From a virus, in IMG/VR virus record IMGVR_UViG_3300018059_000012, positions 1 through 64,000 of that record: 64,000 nt of DNA, one strand, 5' to 3'. Numbering within the stretch: the first letter of the stretch is position 1; each line of letters opens with the position of its first letter. Positions 1-8,642 of this stretch are shown piece by piece. A program made the translations under genes and the position numbers. The notes under the pieces were generated by a model. The model ran no database searches. It saw nothing but the letters and a program-made list of their open reading frames with translations, and had not been told where the DNA came from.

Positions 1-2
1 AC

Positions 3-821
3 CATGCCCGGGATCTCAACCTGATATTCCTCGCCGGGAATCATGACCGTGAAAATGATCGCTATGATAGCGTGACGATCTGGCCGTTAAGGGCGTTTGC
101 GAACGTTGTTGTCGAGCCTGAGATCGATACGGTGAACGACATCGTCTACGTTCCATGGCTGTACGATCAAGAGAAAGCGCTGAAGTTCCTGAAGGATCAG
201 AAAAAGGAACGTGAGATGTTGATGTTCCATGGTGAGCTCGATGGCGCTGAGGTCGGGCCCACGGACTACATGCTCAAGTCGCGCTACACCGAGACATCAC
301 TGGGTGTCGGGCGCTATGCACAGGCATTCGCAGGACATCTCCACAAGCGGCAACTCGTACACGGTGTGTTCTATCCAGGCAGTCATATCGCAAAAGATTT
401 TGGTGAACTCGAGCAGGACAAGGGCGTACTCTACGTCGATCCAGATGGGAAGGTAACACCGATCATGTTGCACTCACCGAAGTTCGTGGTGATCCATAAC
501 GCCGAGAGCCCTGATGATCCAGGGATCAACTGGGATAAGATTCACTGGAAGCATCTTGAGCAGGAGTTGAAGGGGAACCTGGTTCGCATCTTTGTTCCAC
601 ATGTCCTGGATCCGTCGATCGTTAAGCGGCTCGAGTCATGCAATCCTCGCTATCTCGACATACGACCAGAGCGTGTAGATAAGGAACAGATGGTCAGACT
701 CCAAGCTGCTGGGTCACGATCATTCAAGGATCTGGTTGAGGGCTACGTGATGCATCGTAAAATCCCTGATGATCTGCGAGAGGAATATGTGAGCTATGGG
801 ATTCAGAAGCTGGAATCTTAG
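3..821 (+). CDS. Mre11/SbcD-like metallophosphoesterase nuclease (T4 gp47-like), 5'-truncated by window edge
   Basis: The frame is open from base 3 (HARDLNLIFLAGNHDRE...), giving the GNHD motif; MFHG and AGHLH follow; lies next to a Rad50-like ATPase. Confidence 0.9.
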   Translation, partial: HARDLNLIFLAGNHDRENDRYDSVTIWPLRAFANVVVEPEIDTVNDIVYVPWLYDQEKALKFLKDQKKEREMLMFHGELDGAEVGPTDYMLKSRYTETSLGVGRYAQAFAGHLHKRQLVHGVFYPGSHIAKDFGELEQDKGVLYVDPDGKVTPIMLHSPKFVVIHNAESPDDPGINWDKIHWKHLEQELKGNLVRIFVPHVLDPSIVKRLESCNPRYLDIRPERVDKEQMVRLQAAGSRSFKDLVEGYVMHRKIPDDLREEYVSYGIQKLES

Positions 822-822
822 A

Positions 823-924
823 GTGTGGATCCAGTGCCCATACTGCTACAGTGATGATGTTGAGGATCGTGGGCAGACCCGGTTCTGCAAGAACTGTCGG
901 AGTGAGTGGAACAAAGGAAAATGA
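823..924 (+). CDS. 33-aa zinc-ribbon microprotein (not in ORF track)
   Basis: GTG823..TGA924 reads MWIQCPYCYSDDVEDRGQTRFCKNCRSEWNKGK; two CxxC pairs; fills the gap and overlaps the next start (ATGA). Confidence 0.65.
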   Translation: MWIQCPYCYSDDVEDRGQTRFCKNCRSEWNKGK

Positions 925-2699
925 TCGAGCTTGAGTTGCTCTGTATCAAGAATTTTATGCCGTTTGTGGGTGAGTACGAGATCCCACTGAGTGGGCAGGG
1001 CGTTGTCTTTGTCGTCGGAGAGAATCGTGTCTCGAAGATGGCGGGATCCAATGGCACCGGTAAGACCGCCTTGTTCGATGGGATCACGATAGCCTGCTAC
1101 GACAAACTGCTCAAGGGAACATCAGGCTCGCGTCTGATCAACAACGACTGTGATGAGATGCTGATCCAACTCTATTTCAAGGTGAACAAGAAACCCTACG
1201 TCGTCGAGCGTGAACAGAGCGGGAGCAAGCGACGCTGGGAGGTCTTCAGTCTGAATGGGGGCAAGGAACTACTCGGCGGTGGTGAGAAAATCGCCACTCT
1301 GTTCGGACTCTCATACAGGGCATTCACGCAGACCATTTTGTTTGGAGTCAGCGAGGAGAAAAATTTCGCTGGACTCTCTGATGTCCCACGCAAGCAGATC
1401 TTCGATGACCTCTTGGATCTTGCGTTCTTTGCAGTCTGCCGAAAGCATGTCGAAGATGAGGCCAACAAGATTGGTGGAGAGTTGCAAGAGGTTAAGGCTG
1501 ATCTGGATGTAATCAACGCGCAACTTGAGACGCTCCAGGGTGAGCGGAACAATCTCGAGAATTCACGTGAGCGAGCCGAGATCGATGCGCTACATCAGTG
1601 GCTTGATCGGCATGGTGAGCGTGTACACCTCTATGAGGAAATCAACGCGCTCTTCGTCAGGCTGATGGTTGCTAAGGAATCTCAAGTGCGTCGGCAGGAG
1701 ATCCTTGATGATTCGATGACGATCGCGGCACTGCGAAATAGACTTGATCGCATCAGTGAATCCATACATCGGAGTGTTGCCAAGATTCGGAGTGAACAAG
1801 ATTTGGTAGTCAATGCTGCACAGTGTTCAATGTGCCGCCGTTCGATTGGACCGTCAGAGCGCGGTGCCGTTGATCAACACTTTGCATTGGAACTCAGACC
1901 ACTCTACGATGAAATTGGACGGCTTCAACTCTACAACAGTGAGTTGGTTCACATCATCGCAGTCTGGCCTGCCTCACAAGCTGACGACGATTATGTCTTG
2001 CTCCAGAATAAACTTCAGCGAACTCTCAGGGAGACTCAAGACCTAGAGCGATACGCAAGCCAGCTTGATGAGGCGCGATTCATGCGCCAGGCTGCTGATG
2101 AAATGTTGGAGCGCATCGAGAAGTTGGCCAAGGATCGCGTCAGACTTGAGGGGCGGGTGAGTGAGTTGACCAAGGCGTTGGATCTCCGGGACTTCTGGGT
2201 GGAGGGCTTTGGGCATAAGGGCATGAAAGCGATGATGCTCAGAGACTACGAGGGATTCATCCAGAGTCGGCTCGAGAGCTACAGCCAGAGTCTGACTGCC
2301 GGTGAGTTGATTCCGCGATTCTCGGCGCATCGCATCCTGAAAAGTGGTGATGTTCGAGAGGAGATCACATTCGAGGTTGAGAACAAGTACGGGGCGAAGG
2401 TCTACGATGATCTCTCCTCAGGGGAGAAGCAGCGCGTGGATCTCTGCCTGGTGTTGGCCCTTCAGGATCTGACACGTGAACTCCATCATGGTCGATTCTC
2501 ACTGGCCTTGTACGATGAAATCTTTGAACACCTCGATGAGGCGGGGTGCGAGCGCGTGATGGATCTCCTGACTACGCAGCGGCGTGATTTCGGGAGCATC
2601 TTCTGTATCTCCCAGAATCCGAAGCTCCTCTCCTACCCATCGGATCATGTGATCCGGGTCGTCAAGACCGAGAAAGGTAGTGCGATCTATGTCGAGTGA
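921..2699 (+). CDS. Rad50/SbcC-like SMC ATPase (T4 gp46-like)
   Basis: Walker A GSNGTGKT, central CSMC zinc hook between coiled coils, signature LSSGEKQ, Walker B/D-loop LYDEIFEHLD. Confidence 0.93.
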   Translation: MIELELLCIKNFMPFVGEYEIPLSGQGVVFVVGENRVSKMAGSNGTGKTALFDGITIACYDKLLKGTSGSRLINNDCDEMLIQLYFKVNKKPYVVEREQSGSKRRWEVFSLNGGKELLGGGEKIATLFGLSYRAFTQTILFGVSEEKNFAGLSDVPRKQIFDDLLDLAFFAVCRKHVEDEANKIGGELQEVKADLDVINAQLETLQGERNNLENSRERAEIDALHQWLDRHGERVHLYEEINALFVRLMVAKESQVRRQEILDDSMTIAALRNRLDRISESIHRSVAKIRSEQDLVVNAAQCSMCRRSIGPSERGAVDQHFALELRPLYDEIGRLQLYNSELVHIIAVWPASQADDDYVLLQNKLQRTLRETQDLERYASQLDEARFMRQAADEMLERIEKLAKDRVRLEGRVSELTKALDLRDFWVEGFGHKGMKAMMLRDYEGFIQSRLESYSQSLTAGELIPRFSAHRILKSGDVREEITFEVENKYGAKVYDDLSSGEKQRVDLCLVLALQDLTRELHHGRFSLALYDEIFEHLDEAGCERVMDLLTTQRRDFGSIFCISQNPKLLSYPSDHVIRVVKTEKGSAIYVE

Positions 2700-3630
2700 T
2701 CATCTCACCGGTGGGACGGCGAATGTCCTCTACGCGGCGACAATTCAGGATGTGATGAGCTATGGGGAGTGGGTCGCCCCACTCTTGAACAAGACATCGC
2801 CGAGTGCGTCGCACAAGACGATCGAGCTCATTGGGCTCAGGATGGATCTGGACTATCCGCGGTCACGAGTGATTGCTAGTCAGGCTCGTCCGATCAATCT
2901 CGGTTTCGCGATCGGCAATTTCCTCTATCAGTTCATGGGGAGTGATGCAGTCCAGCCACTGCACTACTACAATCCAATCACGGGCAAGTTCTCTGACGAT
3001 GGCATCTCACTCCATGGTGCCTACGGGCCGCGTATTCTCCCGCAACTCACGCGGGTGATCGAGATGCTCAAGGCCGATCCAACTTCGCGTCGGGCAGTGG
3101 TAACGATTTTTAATGGGGCGATGGATCACATCGACTCGAAGGATATTCCTTGCCCGATTTCGATGCAGTTCTTCATTCGGCATCAGCAGCTTCACTGCCT
3201 CACCATGTTCAGGAGTCAGAACATCGTGATGGTCTATCCCTACGACATTTTCCTCTTCACGATGCTACACGAGTGGGTGGCGGCCCATCTCAACATGGGC
3301 ATGGGCATGCACATTCAGCAGAACGGATCGATGCATTTTTACGAGAACGAGATGGGACTGGCGCAGGAGATCCTCGACAAGCCGATGCATGGGTATACGA
3401 TGCCAGCCATGACACAGCCCACAGCAGGTGAATGGACGGCGATCATGCGCTACGAGCGTGATGTCAGGATGTGGGGTGAGAAGATCTTGCCACAGCCTGA
3501 CTTCCCCGCTGTCGATCCGTACTGGCAGGGGATTCTCTCGTTGCTCACACACTTTGCGACTGGGAAGCGTCGAGGCGAGCACTACATGCGGGACATCAGT
3601 GTCCTGGATGACTGCTTTACCGAAGCATGA
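2689..3630 (+). CDS. Thymidylate synthase-family enzyme, probably a dCMP-modifying enzyme (hydroxymethylase-like)
   Basis: GAYGPRI, SRRAV, catalytic DIPC, FRSQN...YPYD (Asp at the substrate-specificity position), SMHFYE. Confidence 0.85.
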   Translation: MSSDHLTGGTANVLYAATIQDVMSYGEWVAPLLNKTSPSASHKTIELIGLRMDLDYPRSRVIASQARPINLGFAIGNFLYQFMGSDAVQPLHYYNPITGKFSDDGISLHGAYGPRILPQLTRVIEMLKADPTSRRAVVTIFNGAMDHIDSKDIPCPISMQFFIRHQQLHCLTMFRSQNIVMVYPYDIFLFTMLHEWVAAHLNMGMGMHIQQNGSMHFYENEMGLAQEILDKPMHGYTMPAMTQPTAGEWTAIMRYERDVRMWGEKILPQPDFPAVDPYWQGILSLLTHFATGKRRGEHYMRDISVLDDCFTEA

Positions 3631-4136
3631 TCATCCTCGGGATCGATGTTCCAGGCAAGTACTTCGGTGGCTACGCAGTCTGTGAACACCGGATTGCGAA
3701 GGATGATCGCTTCAGAGAATCGATGCCGATTACATTCAGCGAGACCAAGAGTGAGATGATGCACTATCGCCAGCTTGGTGATCTCATCATTGCGATGGAC
3801 CGGAAGTACAAGCTTGATGGGATCGTGATGGAGCATCCGTTCCTCTATCGGATCGCGCAATGGATTGGTGGGATCAAGATGTTCATCGCCTGGAATCGCC
3901 CAGAGATTCCCTGGGTGATGGTGACAACGAGTTCGGCACAGAAGCTGCTGTACGGGCATGCGCTCCGAGAGAAGCGGGTCAACAAGAACGGACGTGAAGT
4001 GAGTGCGAACAAGGAGTATGTACTGGCCGATATGCAGGCTCGGTATGGTCTTGGTAAGATGTTCACGCAACATCAAGCCGATGCCCTGCTCTACGCAATG
4101 GCCGGGGCTCGATACCTGGAGAAGAAGAATGGATGA
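3627..4136 (+). CDS. RuvC-like Holliday junction resolvase
   Basis: N-terminal IILGIDVPG, central IVMEHPF, C-terminal HQADALL acidic triad. Confidence 0.8.
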   Translation: MIILGIDVPGKYFGGYAVCEHRIAKDDRFRESMPITFSETKSEMMHYRQLGDLIIAMDRKYKLDGIVMEHPFLYRIAQWIGGIKMFIAWNRPEIPWVMVTTSSAQKLLYGHALREKRVNKNGREVSANKEYVLADMQARYGLGKMFTQHQADALLYAMAGARYLEKKNG

Positions 4137-4458
4137 GACGCCGCCAGAACGGAATATGATCGATGAATGCACTGCAGCGTGTAGTGCGTTATTGCAGGCG
4201 TTGATCGAAGCATTGGCCGAGCAGCCAGACATGGTACTTTTCAAGCTAGCAGTTACCGGTTCTGAGATCACGATCACGGTAACGTTCGAAAATCAGGATG
4301 ACTGTGCTCGATTCATTGGACGCAAGGGACACAACCTCGCGAACATCAGGCGTGTATTTCACAAGGTTGCGCATCGCTATGGCTACTCCCGAATGATGTT
4401 CAACGTCGTAGATCCCACTGGAGCTTCTACAGTTGAACACAATTCGAAAGAAAAATGA
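4129..4458 (+). CDS. KhpA/YlqC-like single KH-domain RNA-binding protein
   Basis: ALAEQPD.V and D.ARFIGRKGHNL.NIR (GxxG loop) pattern of KhpA; ATG4129 overlaps the upstream gene end. Confidence 0.8.
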   Translation: MDETPPERNMIDECTAACSALLQALIEALAEQPDMVLFKLAVTGSEITITVTFENQDDCARFIGRKGHNLANIRRVFHKVAHRYGYSRMMFNVVDPTGASTVEHNSKEK

Positions 4459-4488
4459 TTCACCAATAATTCAGGGAGAGTCTATAGT
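4459..4488 (+). promoter_or_regulatory. Candidate sigma70-type promoter
   Basis: TTCACC-18 nt-TATAGT in an AT-rich intergenic gap upstream of the secreted-protein cassette. Confidence 0.35.
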
Positions 4489-4530
4489 GAAGGGCAGTAG
4501 ACAACGACACAGATGAGGGAGGTAGCAACA

Positions 4531-5130
4531 GTGAAGAGAATCTGGACACTCATAGGCGCGACGATTTTGCTGAGTGCATGTGCGACAGTTGAAGAGCTGC
4601 CCAAGCCTCGGAAGTGGGGTACATCTCCGCCGCCTGTGAACACGACATCGAAGGATGATCCAGCACTGAAAAGCATTCCAGTCCGTGATCTGAATCCGCC
4701 CAAGGCATTGACACCAGGGCAGAGCGAAGTGCGTAAGGCACTGGAGCCCATCAAGTCGAAGACAGCGGAACAGGTGATCACCGAGGTCACCAAGTCGAAA
4801 GAGCCAACACTTGTCGAGATCCTCAAGGATAAGGTCCTGGTCTCGCCTTATACGTTGGTCTCCCCGATCTCCGGAAGGTGGGCATGGGTACCGGATCCGA
4901 CATTCATCATGACGCTCACGTCGGAAGGGCAGATGCAGTACGGGCCGACGCAGGGTGGGTTCTATCAGATGGTCAGTCCGACACAGATCCGATTTCAGAT
5001 CACGCAGGTGAACGGTGTCTCCATTGGTGGGACGGCCCCGCAGGACTGGCAAGTGTCATTCTTTGAGAGTAATACGGTGCTCTTACTTTCCAAGGGCGCC
5101 CAAGCGATGCCGTTCAAGCGGCTCGAGTAG
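4531..5130 (+). CDS. Lipoprotein of unknown function
   Basis: GGAGG then GTG4531; MKRIWTLIGATILLSA-C lipobox. Confidence 0.75.
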   Translation: MKRIWTLIGATILLSACATVEELPKPRKWGTSPPPVNTTSKDDPALKSIPVRDLNPPKALTPGQSEVRKALEPIKSKTAEQVITEVTKSKEPTLVEILKDKVLVSPYTLVSPISGRWAWVPDPTFIMTLTSEGQMQYGPTQGGFYQMVSPTQIRFQITQVNGVSIGGTAPQDWQVSFFESNTVLLLSKGAQAMPFKRLE

Positions 5131-5250
5131 TCATGGGATCTGAGACAGATTTCCACACTGGGCCAATAGACATGGTGATCACTGCTATTGTAGCGGTGAT
5201 CTTGATCGGCGGTATCATCATGGCGTTTCTCGTACAGGGGAGGTGAGAGC

Positions 5251-5556
5251 ATGCGAATCATCGGAGTAGGCGTCGGCATTCTGATCGTGATGGATTTCTT
5301 CGCAACCCTGGCATTCGGACAGGTGGCGGATCCAGCGAAGAGTGGCACGACGCCATGGACGGTCGATCCCCGGTGTGCGGTGATGGGGGCGCACATGTAC
5401 AACCAGGGGTCATTGACATCGTCCTGCCTAGCCGCACGGTCTGGTGTTCCCTACATCAATCAGACTCCCGGCTATCATCAGTCGCAAACGCAGTCGCAGC
5501 ACAGCGTTCTGCCGCAGCGTCAGCGGGTAACACCGCCGACGGATTCACGAGAGTAA
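5251..5556 (+). CDS. Small secreted protein
   Basis: GGAGGTGA RBS; hydrophobic N-terminus ending AFG-Q. Confidence 0.55.
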   Translation: MRIIGVGVGILIVMDFFATLAFGQVADPAKSGTTPWTVDPRCAVMGAHMYNQGSLTSSCLAARSGVPYINQTPGYHQSQTQSQHSVLPQRQRVTPPTDSRE

Positions 5557-5697
5557 TCGCGCTAGAGTGTGAGGGATTGGCTCTCATGCTCGCTAGCGCC
5601 AGTGGGCAACCACTGCTAGTGATCGGGTATACGATCACCGGGTGTATCCAGCCGATCTGGATGCGGAACATCCAACAAGAAAGGGAGTTGTAGAATC

Positions 5698-6126
5698 ATG
5701 AAGAAGATCTTCGCAGTTTTGGCGCTGGCGCTCATCGCCTTCGCCCCTGTCATCGCGTCGGCCGATTCGGTCGGCTATCTGCAGGGCCAGCAGAATCAGG
5801 TAGTGGTCGGTGCGTCACAGACCCAGGTGTACCTCGGCTTCGCCGGGCAGACCCAGGCCGGCGGGCAGTCCTCGCTACAGGCTCAGACCTCTCTCAACGC
5901 CGCGGGACATGCTTCCGCGACGACCGTGTTCGGTCCCTTCGGGATCGTGCTCGGTGGTGTGGCGAATGCCGGTACGGTCGTCGCCAACGGCAACAACACG
6001 CAGGGTCAGGGCTCCAACTACATTCAGGGCCAGGGCGGCGCCGGTCTCGCGGTCGGCGTGCAGCATCAGGGCATCGTTCAGAGCCAGGGTCAGTTCCAGC
6101 TCTCGACCGGCTCGGGCTCGAACTAG
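5698..6126 (+). CDS. Secreted Gln/Gly-rich, almost uncharged protein (curlin/amyloid-like composition)
   Basis: Sec signal ending ASA-D; repeated QxQ; no K/R/E in the mature part; AAAGGGAG RBS. Confidence 0.75.
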   Translation: MKKIFAVLALALIAFAPVIASADSVGYLQGQQNQVVVGASQTQVYLGFAGQTQAGGQSSLQAQTSLNAAGHASATTVFGPFGIVLGGVANAGTVVANGNNTQGQGSNYIQGQGGAGLAVGVQHQGIVQSQGQFQLSTGSGSN

Positions 6127-6140
6127 GTCAGATGGACAGC

Positions 6141-6177
6141 GGTGGCTCCCCGGGCTAGCGTGAGTCGGGGAGCCATC
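6141..6177 (+). promoter_or_regulatory. GC-rich intergenic hairpin (no U-tract)
   Basis: GGTGGCTCCCCG...CGGGGAGCCATC inverted repeat just after the stop codon. Confidence 0.55.
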
Positions 6178-6219
6178 ATACACAGATCATCCAAGAGAGA
6201 CGAGAGGAGAACAACAACG

Positions 6220-7050
6220 ATGTTCAGGGTAGTTCACACGTACAAGCGGGTCGTCATCGGTATCGGTATCGCGTTTGCCCTCACCATCCCGGTCGTGAGC
6301 GCGGACGCGCAGGTGATCGGCAACCAGCCGATCCTGTCTCCCGGCATCAATCAGGGACAGGGCCAGCAGCAGCAGAAGGCGATCAACGATCAGAACATGA
6401 CGCTCAACAGCACGGCGGTGCCGAACCTCATTCAGCTCCCGGGGTTCACGCCGGCGTATCCCAACTTCTCGCAGCCCTACCTCCCCAGCACGTTCATCAA
6501 CGGCGCTGGTCCGGTACGGCCGATCGAGATGACCTACGCGCAGGCTCGCGACTGCAACGGCACGAGCAAGAGCGATGACAAGCGGGCGATCAAGCTGTAC
6601 TACCCCGCATGGGACAAGGTCGCGCCAGCGGCCAACTTCTCCGGCTACGTCGGCGCCGTTCGCGTCGAGGAGAAGGACGGGCAGTGGATCGAGTCAGTGT
6701 GCAAGGCGGCCGTCAAGGCCATGGAGAAAGGCGCCGACGAGGGCGTCGTCGAGTTCGTCATTCGTCCCGTCAATCGGACCTGGGGCGTCGGTGGTTCCGC
6801 GTCATTCGGTGGTTCCGGGATGCCCGCCGCTGGGGCCAATCCCTACGCCCTCGCTGGGGCGGTCGGCCTGGGACTGGGTGTTTCCGGGTCGTACGTCAAG
6901 GGCGAACTGATGCTGAGCATCACGGGCTTCAAGTCCGGTTCGGTCAAGTCCGCTAGGATCGAGGAGAAGGAGTCCACGTTGAAGCCGGTCAGCTTCACGC
7001 CAGCGCTCGAGCTGGGTACGTCGCCCATGCTCACCGTACAAGGCAACTAG
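6220..7050 (+). CDS. Secreted protein with Gln-rich N-terminus and Gly-rich amphipathic beta-hairpin
   Basis: GAGGAG RBS; signal peptide ending ADA-Q; QGQGQQQQ; WGVGGSASFGG...GAVGLGLGVSGSY. Confidence 0.75.
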   Translation: MFRVVHTYKRVVIGIGIAFALTIPVVSADAQVIGNQPILSPGINQGQGQQQQKAINDQNMTLNSTAVPNLIQLPGFTPAYPNFSQPYLPSTFINGAGPVRPIEMTYAQARDCNGTSKSDDKRAIKLYYPAWDKVAPAANFSGYVGAVRVEEKDGQWIESVCKAAVKAMEKGADEGVVEFVIRPVNRTWGVGGSASFGGSGMPAAGANPYALAGAVGLGLGVSGSYVKGELMLSITGFKSGSVKSARIEEKESTLKPVSFTPALELGTSPMLTVQGN

Positions 7051-7057
7051 GATCTTG

Positions 7058-7110
7058 ACGGTGCCCCAGCGTTCTTCCATTGGGAGAGCGTTGGGGCACT
7101 GTTGTTTTGT
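7058..7110 (+). terminator. Intrinsic terminator
   Basis: GTGCCCCAGCGTTCTTCCA/TGGGAGAGCGTTGGGGCAC long stem followed by TGTTGTTTTGT. Confidence 0.75.
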
Positions 7111-7182
7111 GTTGGTGATTCCAGCATACATCATTATCGGATTCTACATCGGCTGGGCACTTGAACGGAGTGAGAGGGAACG

Positions 7183-7545
7183 GTGATGCCAAGCGGTAAG
7201 CCAGTCGACGTCACGGCGATTGCTCCACCATCGGTCTGGGAGAATATAGAGATGGCGGGGAATGCTAGGATGTTTGCCTGGGGTCAGCTCAGGATCCTCA
7301 TCACTGACAATGACGTGTACGATGAGACGATGGAGACCTGGCGGCACGTTTCATTCTCCTGCAAGAAGCGCTACCCGACGTGGGATGAGCTACTCGCGGT
7401 TCGCTACGAATTCTTCCCACCCGAGGCTGAAGTAATCCAGGTTTTTCCACCGCAAGTGGAATACGTGAATTTGCATCCGTTCACGTTGCACATGTGGTGG
7501 AATAAGATGCGACGTCTGACACCACCGCTAGGAGCGAAGTCATGA
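7183..7545 (+). CDS. Conserved phage hypothetical protein
   Basis: WRHVSFS...YPTWDEL...YVNLHP.TLHMW pattern that I recognise as a widespread phage family. Confidence 0.7.
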   Translation: MMPSGKPVDVTAIAPPSVWENIEMAGNARMFAWGQLRILITDNDVYDETMETWRHVSFSCKKRYPTWDELLAVRYEFFPPEAEVIQVFPPQVEYVNLHPFTLHMWWNKMRRLTPPLGAKS

Positions 7546-7826
7546 TTCTCCGTCCGGTCATGTCGATGCCCAAGATTCCTGGGCAATGGACACCGGTCAG
7601 AATGGAGAGCAATTCTGAGCCGACAGGCGTGATGCTCTGTTGCCCAGGCTGTGGATCATCACTCCATCTTGGTCCGGCGCCACATCCGAGCGGACATGAG
7701 ATTCTCTGGGAGGACAGCTTCAAGCGGTTCAGTATCAGGACGCCGATCATCTGCGGGATCTCTCGGAGTGGTAAGCGGTGTGAGTGGATCGGGATGGTGG
7801 AACATGGCGTCGTCATCCCCTCATAG
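7542..7826 (+). CDS. Small Cys-rich protein (possibly DUF6527-like)
   Basis: CCPGCG...H...W...IIC...C.W.G.V.HG; overlapping start/stop. Confidence 0.5.
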   Translation: MILRPVMSMPKIPGQWTPVRMESNSEPTGVMLCCPGCGSSLHLGPAPHPSGHEILWEDSFKRFSIRTPIICGISRSGKRCEWIGMVEHGVVIPS

Positions 7827-7943
7827 TGGGAAGGTGCCCGCAGAGGTCCGTCGTGACTTTTCCTGCGGCTGTATCCTGATTCGTGGAGAAATCCTCATCC
7901 TGTGTCTCAGCCATCAGCAGAGGCTGCCGGAGATCATCAAGCG

Positions 7944-8372
7944 ATGAATCAGCAGCAAGACGAAATAGCGGCAGCACAGCAGCTCAAGGCGGTGCTTGGT
8001 GGACTCAACTTCAGCGAGTTCGGGTGGGTCCGTGTGGTTCAGGTCTTGTTCAGGCATATTCAATGGGTTGAGATCAACGAAGCGTTGAAGGTTCCTGATC
8101 ACGAGAGCGTTCTCGGGGCGATCAATAATCTCCGGCAGATCGAATCACTCGGCGCCGGAATGATTACTCGACTGCGCAAGGATTTTGGCAGGCTATTCGA
8201 GATGCACTTCACATTCGTCAACGGATGTGATTGTGGGAACTGGTCACCGGAGCGTGAGAAAACATTTCGAGAGATGATCGAGTTGATTCAACGCTATGAG
8301 ATTCCAGTATGTGAACAGGTGAGCAAGCAGCTGAAGGCTGACTATCCATCACTCTGGAGGGAGAGAACATGA
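7944..8372 (+). CDS. Hypothetical protein
   Basis: ORF coupled to its neighbours (ATGA overlaps). Confidence 0.6.
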   Translation: MNQQQDEIAAAQQLKAVLGGLNFSEFGWVRVVQVLFRHIQWVEINEALKVPDHESVLGAINNLRQIESLGAGMITRLRKDFGRLFEMHFTFVNGCDCGNWSPEREKTFREMIELIQRYEIPVCEQVSKQLKADYPSLWRERT

Positions 8373-8638
8373 AGCGATTGGTATTGCGTCTGCGGTGGAA
8401 CAAGAAGCTCGGGGAGTGGCAGTTGCTCAACAGTCGTGGCGAGCAGATTGATCTCTCGCATGATGGGCTCTACAGCAAGGCAGCTGTCGAGTCACTATCC
8501 AGGGCACACTGCCGCGAGCTGTACAAGGAGCGGCAGGTGTTCTGTCAGCTGGTGATTCACAACAAGAACGGGCAGATTCAGAAGGGCAACACTGGCGAGG
8601 CGACGTACGGGCGTGATCCCAAGCGGTCGAAAGGTTAG
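8369..8638 (+). CDS. DUF2188-like protein
   Basis: QLVIHNKNGQIQ...TYGRDP C-terminal motif. Confidence 0.7.
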   Translation: MKRLVLRLRWNKKLGEWQLLNSRGEQIDLSHDGLYSKAAVESLSRAHCRELYKERQVFCQLVIHNKNGQIQKGNTGEATYGRDPKRSKG

Positions 8639-8642
8639 AGCA

